Source: Flavobacteriia bacterium
GTDB lineage: Bacteria > Bacteroidota > Bacteroidia > Flavobacteriales > Flavobacteriaceae
Assembly (NCBI GenBank): GCA_030625645.1
Contig: DAOUQH010000001.1
Location: forward strand, 22,331 to 86,330
Length of the DNA: 64,000 nucleotides
Reading direction: 5' to 3'
The number at the start of each line of letters is the position of its first letter. The first letter of the stretch is position 1. Shown piece by piece: positions 29,252-38,785 of the stretch. A program made the position numbers and the translations under genes. The notes under the pieces were generated by a model that ran no database searches, was not told the origin of the DNA, and saw only the letters and a program-made list of their open reading frames with translations.

Positions 29252-31513
29252 ATGCCAAAAACATTTAAAATTATTATCACAGGTCGTGTACAGGGGGTAG
29301 GTTTTCGCCCCTTCGTTTTTATTTTGGCAAATAAATTTAAACTTTGCGGAACGGTTTCAAACAACGAAAATGGCGTAATTATTATTGTTTCTGGAAAATC
29401 GGAAGATATTAATTTTTTTTATAGTGAATTAATTCAAAATCCACCACCAGTTTCTAAAATAAAGGAAAGTAATATTCAGCAAATAACTTTTAAGGAGTAT
29501 GAGGAATTTAAAATTATTCCTTCTTCTAAAAAAGGAAAGCTGAATTTAGCTTTAACTCCTGATTTTGCTATTTGTGATGAATGTAAAAGTGAGATATTAG
29601 ATTCAAATAATAGAAGATTTAGCTACCCTTTTACAACTTGTGTAAATTGCGGTCCGCGTTGGGCAATTACAGAAACTTTCCCTTTTGAAAGAGATCATAC
29701 TAGTATTCACGAATTTGAAATGTGTGATACTTGTAAAGAAGAATATACAAATCCTATTGACAGACGTTTTCATTCGCAAACCAATTCTTGTTCATCCTGT
29801 GGTATTAAAATTTCTTTAAATAATGCTGATGATGTGCCGATGAATATATTGAAAAAGCAGGTTTTTAAAAAAGTAGCATCTTTAATAAAAAAAGGAAATA
29901 TTATTGCAATAAAAAACACAGGCGGATATTTATTGTGCTGTGATGCGAGTAACCAAAAAGTGATTGAAAGATTAAGAAAAAAGAAAAAAAGACCCAATAA
30001 ACCCTTTGCTGTTTTATACCCTTCTTTTGAGCTTTTAGAGTCGCATCTAAAGATTAACAACCAACAAAAAAAAGCATTAATTTCTACAGAAAGACCCATT
30101 GTAATTTTACAAAAAAAAGATTTTAAAGGTAACTTGGCTTTCGCCGAATTAATTCCGGGTTTAAATCAATTAGGAGTTATGTTACCATATTCGGGGATTT
30201 TAAACCTTTTAACCAAAGAGTTAGAGGTTCCAATTGTAGCAACAAGTGGTAATATTCATGGATCCCCAATTATTAGTGATAACAATCAAGCGGTAGAAAT
30301 TTTATCAGAAATTGCCGATTATTTTTTACATCATGATCTTAACATTACAAATCCACAAGATGATTCTGTTATAAAATTTAGTGAAAAATTTTCGCAAGAA
30401 GTTATGTTCAGGCGTTCTCGAGGATATGCCCCAAATTATTTTAATTATTCTCATGAAACTGATAAAAGAATAATGGCAATGGGAGGAGGTTTAAAAAGTA
30501 CAATTGCTTTTTTACCAAATGACAATCTGTATATAAGCCAGTATTTAGGAAACCTTGATCATTATGATGTTTACGAAAGGTTTGTAATAATAACCAACTA
30601 TTTTACAAGGCTTTTTGAGCAAAAACCTGATACAATTTTAATTGATGCACATCCTCTATATCAAAGCACACAATTTGGTATAGAATTATCAAAAAAGTTT
30701 AATGCAGATATTTTAAAAATCCAACATCATAAAGCACATTTCTCCTCTGTTTTAGGTGAGCACAAATTATTTAGTTCTAATGAAAAAATACTTGGAGTTG
30801 TTTGGGATGGAACAGGATATGGAGATGATAAAAATATTTGGGGAGGAGAGTTTTTTAATTATCAGAACAAAAAAATTGACAGATTAACTCATTTTGAATA
30901 TTTTGATTGGATTGCTGGTGATAAAATGGCAAGAGAGCCAAGAATTTCATTATTATCTTTGTCAGGTAAAGAAATGAATTTAACCAATAAATTTTCTAAC
31001 GAAGAGATTAATATTTATAAATCTCTTAAAAACAAGAATACTTTAAAAACTTCATCAGTTGGAAGATTATTTGACGCTGTTGCATCTTTATTAGACATTT
31101 GTGATTATAACTCGTATGAAGGAGAAGCTGCAATTTTATTAGAAAACCAGATAGAAAAATATAATTTAAGCATCTGTAAATCATACCATTCTAATTTCGA
31201 TAATAATACAATTAAAACAAAATTAATTATAAAAAACATAAATTCTGATCTCAAAAAAGGAGTTGATAAACAGAAAATTATCACAAATTTTATTTTCACT
31301 TTGGCAGAGATAATTTTACAAATTGCCAAACAGAATAATTATAAAAAAATTGCTTTAAGTGGAGGTGTTTTTCAGAATACAATTTTGATTGATATTTTAA
31401 AGGAACTAAGTAGTGATAAGTTTGATTTATTTTTTAATATCAATTTAGCACCAAATGATGAAAATATTTCATTTGGTCAAATGATGTATTATTTGAATTG
31501 TGAGAATGTATAA
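29252..31513 (+). CDS. hypF: Carbamoyltransferase HypF
   Basis: GRVQGVGFRPF acylphosphatase domain, two zinc fingers, QHHKAH, DGTGYG, SSVGRLFDAV, PNDENISFGQ. Confidence 0.96.
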   Translation: MPKTFKIIITGRVQGVGFRPFVFILANKFKLCGTVSNNENGVIIIVSGKSEDINFFYSELIQNPPPVSKIKESNIQQITFKEYEEFKIIPSSKKGKLNLALTPDFAICDECKSEILDSNNRRFSYPFTTCVNCGPRWAITETFPFERDHTSIHEFEMCDTCKEEYTNPIDRRFHSQTNSCSSCGIKISLNNADDVPMNILKKQVFKKVASLIKKGNIIAIKNTGGYLLCCDASNQKVIERLRKKKKRPNKPFAVLYPSFELLESHLKINNQQKKALISTERPIVILQKKDFKGNLAFAELIPGLNQLGVMLPYSGILNLLTKELEVPIVATSGNIHGSPIISDNNQAVEILSEIADYFLHHDLNITNPQDDSVIKFSEKFSQEVMFRRSRGYAPNYFNYSHETDKRIMAMGGGLKSTIAFLPNDNLYISQYLGNLDHYDVYERFVIITNYFTRLFEQKPDTILIDAHPLYQSTQFGIELSKKFNADILKIQHHKAHFSSVLGEHKLFSSNEKILGVVWDGTGYGDDKNIWGGEFFNYQNKKIDRLTHFEYFDWIAGDKMAREPRISLLSLSGKEMNLTNKFSNEEINIYKSLKNKNTLKTSSVGRLFDAVASLLDICDYNSYEGEAAILLENQIEKYNLSICKSYHSNFDNNTIKTKLIIKNINSDLKKGVDKQKIITNFIFTLAEIILQIAKQNNYKKIALSGGVFQNTILIDILKELSSDKFDLFFNINLAPNDENISFGQMMYYLNCENV

Positions 31514-31608
31514 TCTTCAAAAATAAATTCAAGTTAAATTAAATACTTAATTCAATTGTATTTTTCTTTTTTGTACTTTAGCTTTTTTAATAAAAATATT
31601 GAATAACA

Positions 31609-32613
31609 ATGGCAAATGACAAAGAAAAAGATGCTAAACTAAAAGCATTACAATTAACTTTAGATAAATTAGATAAAACCTACGGAAAAGGTGCTGTAAT
31701 GAAGATGGGAGATTCACCTCATCAGGATATTGATGCAATTCCTTCTGGCTCATTAGGTTTGGATATTGCTTTGGGTGTTGGGGGTTATCCTCGAGGTAGA
31801 GTTATAGAAATTTATGGCCCTGAGTCTTCCGGAAAAACCACTTTGGCAATTCATGCAATTGCTGAAGCTCAAAAAGCTGGTGGTATTGCTGCATTTATTG
31901 ATGCAGAACATGCTTTTGATCGTTTTTATGCTGAAAGATTAGGTGTTGATATTGATAATTTAATTATTTCTCAACCTGATTATGGAGAGCAAGCCCTAGA
32001 AATTGCTGATCATTTAATTAGTTCAGGAGCAATAGATATTTTAGTTATTGACTCTGTAGCAGCTCTGACTCCTAAAAGTGAGATAGAAGGTGAAATGGGA
32101 GATTCAAAAATGGGATTACATGCTCGTTTAATGTCTCAGGCTTTAAGAAAATTAACTTCTACTATTAGTAAAACAAATTGTACAGTAGTATTTATCAATC
32201 AATTGCGTGAAAAAATTGGTATAATGTTTGGAAATCCTGAAACTACAACGGGTGGAAATGCACTTAAATTCTATGCTTCGGTTAGGTTAGATATAAGAAG
32301 ACGTACACAAATAAAAGATGGCGATAAAGTTTTAGGAAACAGAGCAAAAGTAAAAGTAGTTAAAAACAAAGTTGCTCCACCGTTCCAAACTGCTGAATTT
32401 GATATTATGTATGGTCAAGGAATTTCGAAAGTAGGTGAAATATTAGACTTAGGTGTTGAATACGGAATTGTTAAGAAGAGTGGTTCGTGGTTTAGCTACG
32501 GTGATACAAAACTAGGACAAGGAAGAGATGCCGTAAAAGGTTTAATTGGTGATAATCCTGAATTAGCTGAAGAGCTAGAAGGTAAAATTAGAAAAGCTAT
32601 TGAGGAACAATAA
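31609..32613 (+). CDS. recA: Recombinase RecA
   Basis: [39 protein letters not shown]. Confidence 0.99.
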   Translation: MANDKEKDAKLKALQLTLDKLDKTYGKGAVMKMGDSPHQDIDAIPSGSLGLDIALGVGGYPRGRVIEIYGPESSGKTTLAIHAIAEAQKAGGIAAFIDAEHAFDRFYAERLGVDIDNLIISQPDYGEQALEIADHLISSGAIDILVIDSVAALTPKSEIEGEMGDSKMGLHARLMSQALRKLTSTISKTNCTVVFINQLREKIGIMFGNPETTTGGNALKFYASVRLDIRRRTQIKDGDKVLGNRAKVKVVKNKVAPPFQTAEFDIMYGQGISKVGEILDLGVEYGIVKKSGSWFSYGDTKLGQGRDAVKGLIGDNPELAEELEGKIRKAIEEQ

Positions 32614-32625
32614 TATTAATCAATT

Positions 32626-32666
32626 ATCATAAAAAAAGCATCCGTTATGGATGCTTTTTTTATGAT
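32626..32666. terminator. Bidirectional terminator between recA and hemD
   Basis: atcataaaaaaagcatcc-gttat-ggatgctttttttatgat. Confidence 0.85.
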
Positions 32667-32681
32667 ATTATAAATTGAATT

Positions 32682-33425
32682 TTATTTATTTACCTCTTTA
32701 ATATAATTTTCTAAAGCCATTGTCATTGATTTGTTTTCTTTAGATGGAACAGTGATGTCAACTTTCAAACCTGCTTTTTCTGCTGCTTTTACTGTTGTAT
32801 TACCAAATACTGCGATTCTAGTATCATTTTGAACGAACTCAGGGAAATTTTTAAATAATGAATCAATCCCAGAAGGAGAAAAGAACACTAAAATATCATA
32901 TAAAACACCTTCTAAATCACTTAGGTCACTAATAACAGTTCTATACAAAACAGCTTTTTGCCATTTAATATCTAACTTATCTAAAGTAGTAGGAATAGAG
33001 GGTTTTAATTTATCTGAAGAAGGTAATAAAAACACCTCTTCTTTATGTTTTTTAATTAATGGAACTAATTCCTCAAAAGTTCTAACACCAACATAAATTT
33101 TCCTCTTCCTGTAAACTACATATTTTTGTAGATAATAAGCAATTGCTTCTGACTGACAAAAATACCGCATCGCATCAGGTATCTGATAGCGCATCTCCTC
33201 AGCTAATCTAAAATAATTATCAACAGCCTTTCTACTGGTAAAGATTACAGCAGTAAAATCATTAAAACTTATCTTTTGCTCTCTTACGCTTCTAGAAGAT
33301 TCTTCTTCTACATGGATAAAAGACCTAAAGTCAATTTTAACTTTTTGTTTTTCTGATAGTTCAAAATAAGGAGATTGTTTGGTTTTTGGAGCAGGTTGAG
33401 AAACGAGTATACTTTTTACTTTCAT
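32682..33425 (-). CDS. hemD: Uroporphyrinogen-III synthase family protein
   Basis: MKVKSILVSQP start, IFTS, FFSPSGI motifs of the Bacteroidota HemD family. Confidence 0.85.
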   Translation of the reverse strand: MKVKSILVSQPAPKTKQSPYFELSEKQKVKIDFRSFIHVEEESSRSVREQKISFNDFTAVIFTSRKAVDNYFRLAEEMRYQIPDAMRYFCQSEAIAYYLQKYVVYRKRKIYVGVRTFEELVPLIKKHKEEVFLLPSSDKLKPSIPTTLDKLDIKWQKAVLYRTVISDLSDLEGVLYDILVFFSPSGIDSLFKNFPEFVQNDTRIAVFGNTTVKAAEKAGLKVDITVPSKENKSMTMALENYIKEVNK

Positions 33426-33438
33426 TTTCATTTTATCA

Positions 33439-34101
33439 TTAACTAACAAACATATTATAAACAACAACCAAAGGTGCTATTTCAAGTGCGCAAAGGTACA
33501 AAAATAAATAGAACAAACTGTTAAAATTTATTTTGTCGTTTTCAAGCACTGATAAATATCTAAAAAAGATCATTATTAATGTAAATAACAAGATAAAAGT
33601 TGTAAGAAACTTTTGAACAGGAAGCGAAATATAATTTACCAAAATCAAAAGTGGAAGAATGTAAATCATTATTAATGATATATTACTGAATTTCAGATAT
33701 GTAAAGTATTTTAATTCTTCTCTCTTTTCAAATATATTCCCCAAAAAATAGCCTATTATTAATCGTAAAAAAGAATATAATAATACTCCTAAAACTACTT
33801 TGGTAAAGAGAAGGAAGTTATAGGGAATAATTGATGTATCAAAAACTTGTTTTGAAAAGAAAATTAACAAAGAAATGTTAAGTAAAAAGACTAAAAAAAA
33901 GAGTGCGTGGAAATTATTGAAAATTAAAGGGTTAGTTTTTGCATATTCAGTATAATATTTATCTGAATAAATTAAAGAAAATAATTTACTAAATCTTTCA
34001 CTGTTATTGTATTTTAAAACAGCAATTATTAAAAATACAATAACAAAAATAATGGTTATCCAATCATTTGAAATAAAAACCCTTTCCTGTCCTTCAAACA
34101 T
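33439..34101 (-). CDS. DUF4271 family membrane protein
   Basis: Multi-TM with C-terminal FYLFLYLCALEIAP; upstream of hemD. Confidence 0.82.
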   Translation of the reverse strand: MFEGQERVFISNDWITIIFVIVFLIIAVLKYNNSERFSKLFSLIYSDKYYTEYAKTNPLIFNNFHALFFLVFLLNISLLIFFSKQVFDTSIIPYNFLLFTKVVLGVLLYSFLRLIIGYFLGNIFEKREELKYFTYLKFSNISLIMIYILPLLILVNYISLPVQKFLTTFILLFTLIMIFFRYLSVLENDKINFNSLFYLFLYLCALEIAPLVVVYNMFVS

Positions 34102-34161
34102 TAATATTTGTATTAAAAGATTATTTTAATATATAATTTTCAAAGTTAATTTTTTTTAATG

Positions 34162-34190
34162 AAAAAAGCCCAACGTAAAGATGGGCTTTT
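34162..34190 (-). terminator. Intrinsic terminator after ahcY
   Basis: aaaaaagccca...tgggctttt hairpin with A-tract. Confidence 0.7.
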
Positions 34191-34213
34191 AGTAATATCT
34201 TAAAAAACGAATA

Positions 34214-35530
34214 CTAATATCTATAATATTCGGGTTTGTAGGGGCCTTTAACTTCTACACCTATATATTTAGCTTGATCGGGTCTTAACTCATCTAATTC
34301 AACCCCAATTTTTTCTAGGTGTAATCTTGCAACTTTCTCATCGAGATGTTTTGGCAACATATATACTTCGTTTTCGTAACGCTCAGGATAGTTCCAAAGT
34401 TCGATTTGAGCTAAAGTTTGGTTGGTAAATGAGTTACTCATTACAAAACTTGGGTGTCCTGTAGCACAACCTAAATTAACCAATCTTCCTTCTGCCAATA
34501 ATAGTATTTCTTTTCCATCAATATCATATTGGTCAACTTGTGGTTTTATCTCTACTTTAGTATTTCCGTAATTTTCATTTAACCAAGCAACATCAATTTC
34601 ATTATCAAAATGGCCAATATTACAAACAATAGCTTTGTCTTTTAACGCTTTAAAATGATGTGCTTGAATAATATCTTTATTACCGGTTGTTGTAATTACA
34701 ATATCAGCTCTATCAATTACATTGTTCATTTTTCTTACTTCAAAACCTTCCATTGCAGCTTGTAAAGCACAAATTGGATCAATTTCAGTAACAATCACTC
34801 TAGCGCCTGTACCTTTAAAAGAAGCAGCTGTTCCTTTTCCAACATCACCATAACCAGCAACGACTACAACTTTTCCGGCAAGCATAATATCGGTTGCACG
34901 ACGAATTGCATCCACTGCACTTTCTCTACATCCGTATTTATTATCAAATTTTGATTTTGTTACAGAATCATTTACGTTTATTGCAGGAATAGGTAAAGTA
35001 CCCTCATTCATTCTATCGTATAAACGATGAACACCTGTTGTTGTTTCTTCTGATAAACCTTTTAAGCCTCCAACTAATTCAGGAAATTTATCTAAAACCA
35101 TATTGGTTAAATCACCACCATCATCTAAGATTAAATTAAGAGGTTTTCTATCTTCTCCAAAAAATAATGTTTGTTCGATACACCAGTCAAACTCTTCTTC
35201 AGTTAAACCTTTCCAGGCATAAACCGAAATCCCAGCAGCAGCAATAGCAGCAGCAGCCTGATCTTGGGTAGAGAAAATATTACAAGAGCTCCAAGTAACC
35301 TCGGCACCTAATTCAACTAAAGTTTCGATTAAAACAGCAGTTTGTATTGTCATATGTAAACAACCGGCAATTCTTGCCCCTTTTAATGGTTTATCATTTT
35401 TATATTCCTCTCTTAAACTCATTAAACCTGGCATTTCTGCTTCGGCTAAATGCATTTCCTTTCTTCCCCATTCGGCAAGATTTATATCTTTTACCTTATA
35501 TTTTACGTAAGTTGATGTTTTAGAACTCAT
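34214..35530 (-). CDS. ahcY: Adenosylhomocysteinase
   Basis: [49 protein letters not shown]. Confidence 0.98.
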   Translation of the reverse strand: MSSKTSTYVKYKVKDINLAEWGRKEMHLAEAEMPGLMSLREEYKNDKPLKGARIAGCLHMTIQTAVLIETLVELGAEVTWSSCNIFSTQDQAAAAIAAAGISVYAWKGLTEEEFDWCIEQTLFFGEDRKPLNLILDDGGDLTNMVLDKFPELVGGLKGLSEETTTGVHRLYDRMNEGTLPIPAINVNDSVTKSKFDNKYGCRESAVDAIRRATDIMLAGKVVVVAGYGDVGKGTAASFKGTGARVIVTEIDPICALQAAMEGFEVRKMNNVIDRADIVITTTGNKDIIQAHHFKALKDKAIVCNIGHFDNEIDVAWLNENYGNTKVEIKPQVDQYDIDGKEILLLAEGRLVNLGCATGHPSFVMSNSFTNQTLAQIELWNYPERYENEVYMLPKHLDEKVARLHLEKIGVELDELRPDQAKYIGVEVKGPYKPEYYRY

Positions 35531-35556
35531 ATTATTTATATTTGTTTTTGAATTTG

Positions 35557-35577
35557 CAAAAATACAAAATACCTTTG
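35557..35577. promoter_or_regulatory. Back-to-back divergent Bacteroidota -7 promoter elements
   Basis: TATTTTTG on minus (35557-35564, ahcY) and TACCTTTG on plus (35570-35577). Confidence 0.55.
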
Positions 35578-35585
35578 AATTTATA

Positions 35586-36218
35586 ATGCCTCTTTATAAA
35601 ACGATAATACACGATGAAAATACCAAGATTTTGGTATGGAAAATTGAGGAATCTTTGGAAGATTTAATCAATGATATTTCATTAAATGAAAGAAGTGAAA
35701 AACGCTTAAACGGAATGAAATCTGAACTTCATAGAAAAGGATTTTTAAGTGTAAGGCATTTACTTAAACATGCAGGTTACAGTGATTTTGATTTGTATTA
35801 TAACGAATATGGAAAACCTTTATTGAAGGATAAAAGTCATATTTCTATTACACATTCTTTTGAGTTTTCTGCAATTATAATTAGCAATACTGATGTAGGA
35901 ATTGACATAGAAAAAAACCGTCAAAAAATTGTAAATATTCAACATAGATTTGTTAATACTCAAGTGGATATATTATCAGATGAAGACTTAGTAAATCAAT
36001 TAACCGTTATTTGGGGGGCAAAAGAATCGATGTACAAAACCTATCCATACGGGGGTTTAAGTTTTCATAATAATATTGCCATAAAACCATTTTTATTTGA
36101 AGACAAAAAGTCGGAAGGAAGCGTTATATTTGGCAATTGGAAAAAACAATATTGTATACATTTTATGTTCTTTAAAGAAGGGTTTACTATGGTTTATGCA
36201 ATGCCAAGTGGAAAGTAA
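35586..36218 (+). CDS. 4'-phosphopantetheinyl transferase superfamily protein
   Basis: [24 protein letters not shown]. Confidence 0.9.
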   Translation: MPLYKTIIHDENTKILVWKIEESLEDLINDISLNERSEKRLNGMKSELHRKGFLSVRHLLKHAGYSDFDLYYNEYGKPLLKDKSHISITHSFEFSAIIISNTDVGIDIEKNRQKIVNIQHRFVNTQVDILSDEDLVNQLTVIWGAKESMYKTYPYGGLSFHNNIAIKPFLFEDKKSEGSVIFGNWKKQYCIHFMFFKEGFTMVYAMPSGK

Positions 36219-36233
36219 AAGGTTTAAGAAGAA

Positions 36234-36953
36234 ATGAATTCAATTTACAGCAAAATATTATCTGCAAAAGAAAATGGCGAAAAGTTACTTGCCGTTTTAT
36301 TAGACCCCGATAAACTGAATTTATCTCAAGTCGCTGAAACTGTAAAAAGAATTAATAAAAATAAAGTTGATTTTATTTTTGTTGGAGGAAGTACTGTAAA
36401 AAATGGTATTACTGAAAAATTAGTAAAAGAAGTTAAAAAATTTACTACAATTCCTTTGGTATTATTCCCAGGAGATTTCACCCAAATTACTGATGAAGCA
36501 GATGCTATTTTATTTCTTTCTTTACTTTCGGGAAGAAATCCAGAGTATTTAATTGAGCAACAAATTAAATCTGTACCACTATTACAAAAAACAGATCTAG
36601 AAATTATTTCTACTGGTTATATTTTGGTAGATGGAGGTGTTCAAACAGCAGTGCAAAGGGTAAGTAAAACACAAACAATTTCTCAAAAAAATAGCACTAA
36701 AATTGTACAAACGGCTTGTGCAGGAATGTATATGGGCAATAAATTAATTTACCTCGAAGCTGGTAGTGGAGCTAAAAACATAGTTAATTCAGGAATTGTT
36801 AAAGCGGTTGAAGAAAACATAAATATTCCTTTAATTGTTGGTGGAGGTATAAAAACAAAAGAGCAATTAGAAAACACTTATAAAAATGGTGCCGATTTAG
36901 TTGTTATTGGAAATGGATTTGAAGAAAATACCAGTTTACTTTTTCAATTATAA
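36234..36953 (+). CDS. Geranylgeranylglyceryl/heptaprenylglyceryl phosphate synthase
   Basis: LLDPDK, VGGST, LFPG, SGRNPEYL, YLEAGSGA, IVGGGI. Confidence 0.92.
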   Translation: MNSIYSKILSAKENGEKLLAVLLDPDKLNLSQVAETVKRINKNKVDFIFVGGSTVKNGITEKLVKEVKKFTTIPLVLFPGDFTQITDEADAILFLSLLSGRNPEYLIEQQIKSVPLLQKTDLEIISTGYILVDGGVQTAVQRVSKTQTISQKNSTKIVQTACAGMYMGNKLIYLEAGSGAKNIVNSGIVKAVEENINIPLIVGGGIKTKEQLENTYKNGADLVVIGNGFEENTSLLFQL

Positions 36954-36971
36954 AAAACCAATTATTTTACA

Positions 36972-37682
36972 ATGAGTGAGTTTATAGATTTTTTTTTAGA
37001 ACCTTATAAAACAGCTTCTTCTTTAAATATATTACTAGAATTTATTGCAGCTTTGTTTGGAGTGATAAGTGTTTTTTATGCTAAAAAGGAAAATATTCTG
37101 GTTTTCCCAACAGGGATTATAAGTACTGTAATCTATGTTTATTTATTAGCACAATGGAGTCTATATGGCGATTTGATTATAAATATTTACTATACTTTAA
37201 TGAGTATTTATGGTTGGTATATGTGGTCAAAAATTATTGATGATGATAAGCATCATATACCCATTTCTAGAACCAATTTTAAAGATAAATTAAAGACTAT
37301 AGGTATAATTATTGGGACTTCAATTTTTGTAATTATTGTTTATAGATATTATAATGTAATGCCTAACCATCTAGGATTTACCGAAAGTATAGATTATGCT
37401 TTTACAAATATGACTTCTGGAAATTTATCTGATTTTAGAAAAATAACACCATTTTTAGATACATTTACTACAGGTATATTTTTTGGTGCTATGTGGTTGA
37501 TGGCGAATAAGAAAATAGAAAATTGGATATTATGGATTGCTGGTAATATAGTTTCTATACCTTTATATTTTGTAAAAGGCTTTGGTTTTACCGGAATACA
37601 ATACACAATCTTTTTAATTTTAGCAATATTTGGATATTTAGCATGGAAAAAATACCTAAACAAAAACCCGCAAACCTTGTAA
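36972..37682 (+). CDS. pnuC: Nicotinamide riboside transporter PnuC family
   Basis: Multi-TM, YGWYMW, KKIENWILW motifs. Confidence 0.9.
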   Translation: MSEFIDFFLEPYKTASSLNILLEFIAALFGVISVFYAKKENILVFPTGIISTVIYVYLLAQWSLYGDLIINIYYTLMSIYGWYMWSKIIDDDKHHIPISRTNFKDKLKTIGIIIGTSIFVIIVYRYYNVMPNHLGFTESIDYAFTNMTSGNLSDFRKITPFLDTFTTGIFFGAMWLMANKKIENWILWIAGNIVSIPLYFVKGFGFTGIQYTIFLILAIFGYLAWKKYLNKNPQTL

Positions 37683-38239
37683 AAGTAGTTTTATTTGGCC
37701 CTGAATCAACTGGAAAAACTACTTTATCAGAACTATTAGCCCGACATTATAATACTGTTTGGGTTGCAGAATTTGCTCGTGAATATTTACAGGATAAATG
37801 GAATAATGAGAGAAAAACCTGTGAACATGATGATCTAATTCCGATTGCAATCGGACAAATGAATTTAGAAAATGATCTAGCAACAAAAGCTGATAAAGTT
37901 TTGATTTGTGATACAGATTTACTCGAAACCAAAGTGTATTCAGAGGAATATTATGGCGGATTTGTTGAACCTGAGTTAGATAAAGCTGCACTAGAAAATC
38001 AATATGACATTTATCTTTTAACTTATATCGATACCCCCTGGGAAGCCGATGATTTACGAGATAAGCCAGAACAGCGACAGGAAATGTTTGATGCATTTGA
38101 AAATACTCTAAAGAATAATAATCTTCCTTATATCACACTAAAAGGAGATGTGAAAAAACGGCTAGATAAAGCAATTAAAGAGATTGATTTTATTTTAAAG
38201 AATAAAAAAGGGTTAGATACTTTTTCAAAAGGTTTGTAA
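37643..38239 (+). CDS. NadR-like AAA_28 kinase/ATPase
   Basis: GPESTGKTT, EFAREY, ICDTD, PWEADDLRD; coupled to pnuC. Confidence 0.88.
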   Translation: MEKIPKQKPANLVKVVLFGPESTGKTTLSELLARHYNTVWVAEFAREYLQDKWNNERKTCEHDDLIPIAIGQMNLENDLATKADKVLICDTDLLETKVYSEEYYGGFVEPELDKAALENQYDIYLLTYIDTPWEADDLRDKPEQRQEMFDAFENTLKNNNLPYITLKGDVKKRLDKAIKEIDFILKNKKGLDTFSKGL

Positions 38240-38327
38240 ATTATTCTTCTTTTATTTTTTAAAAATAGATAGCTATAAACGAATATTTTCGTGGAATTAA
38301 TTTACAACTTCAATTCCTAAAAAAGTA

Positions 38328-38729
38328 ATGAATAAAGAAATTTTATATACCGAAATAAAATATTCTACTTCAAGATCTTCCGGTCCGGGAGGGCAACACG
38401 CCAATAAAGTTTCTTCAAAGGTGCAATTATTGTTTGATTTGGAATACTCAAAAGCTTTTGCTGAAGAAGAAAAAGAAAGACTCTTCAAAACTCTTAGAAC
38501 AAAACTTACTAAAGAAAATATTTTGTTAATTTCATCTGAAGAGAGTAGAAGTCAACATAAAAATAAAGAGATTGTAAACAAGAAGTTTATTGAAATCCTC
38601 AATAATGGTTTAAAAGTTCCAAAAAAAAGGAAAACTACAAAACCAACTAAAGCATCTGTTAAAAAACGTCTTGAAAAAAAGAAAAGACAAGCATTTAAAA
38701 AAGCTCAAAGGAGAAAACCAATTTCATAA
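38328..38729 (+). CDS. arfB: Alternative ribosome rescue peptidyl-tRNA hydrolase ArfB
   Basis: RSSGPGGQHANK GGQ motif, RSQHKN, basic C-terminal tail. Confidence 0.93.
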   Translation: MNKEILYTEIKYSTSRSSGPGGQHANKVSSKVQLLFDLEYSKAFAEEEKERLFKTLRTKLTKENILLISSEESRSQHKNKEIVNKKFIEILNNGLKVPKKRKTTKPTKASVKKRLEKKKRQAFKKAQRRKPIS

Positions 38730-38732
38730 AAA

Positions 38733-38762
38733 ATGGGGTGATTTTAAGACAAATCACCCCAT
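38733..38762. terminator. Terminator hairpin between arfB and purF
   Basis: atggggtgattt-taagac-aaatcaccccat. Confidence 0.75.
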
Positions 38763-38785
38763 CATTTAATCATTATTATTTTATA

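Noticed and set aside
35531-35585. SAH riboswitch upstream of ahcY
   Set aside because: The intergenic gap is only 55 bp, AT-rich and occupied by two divergent -7 elements; no riboswitch-like structure.
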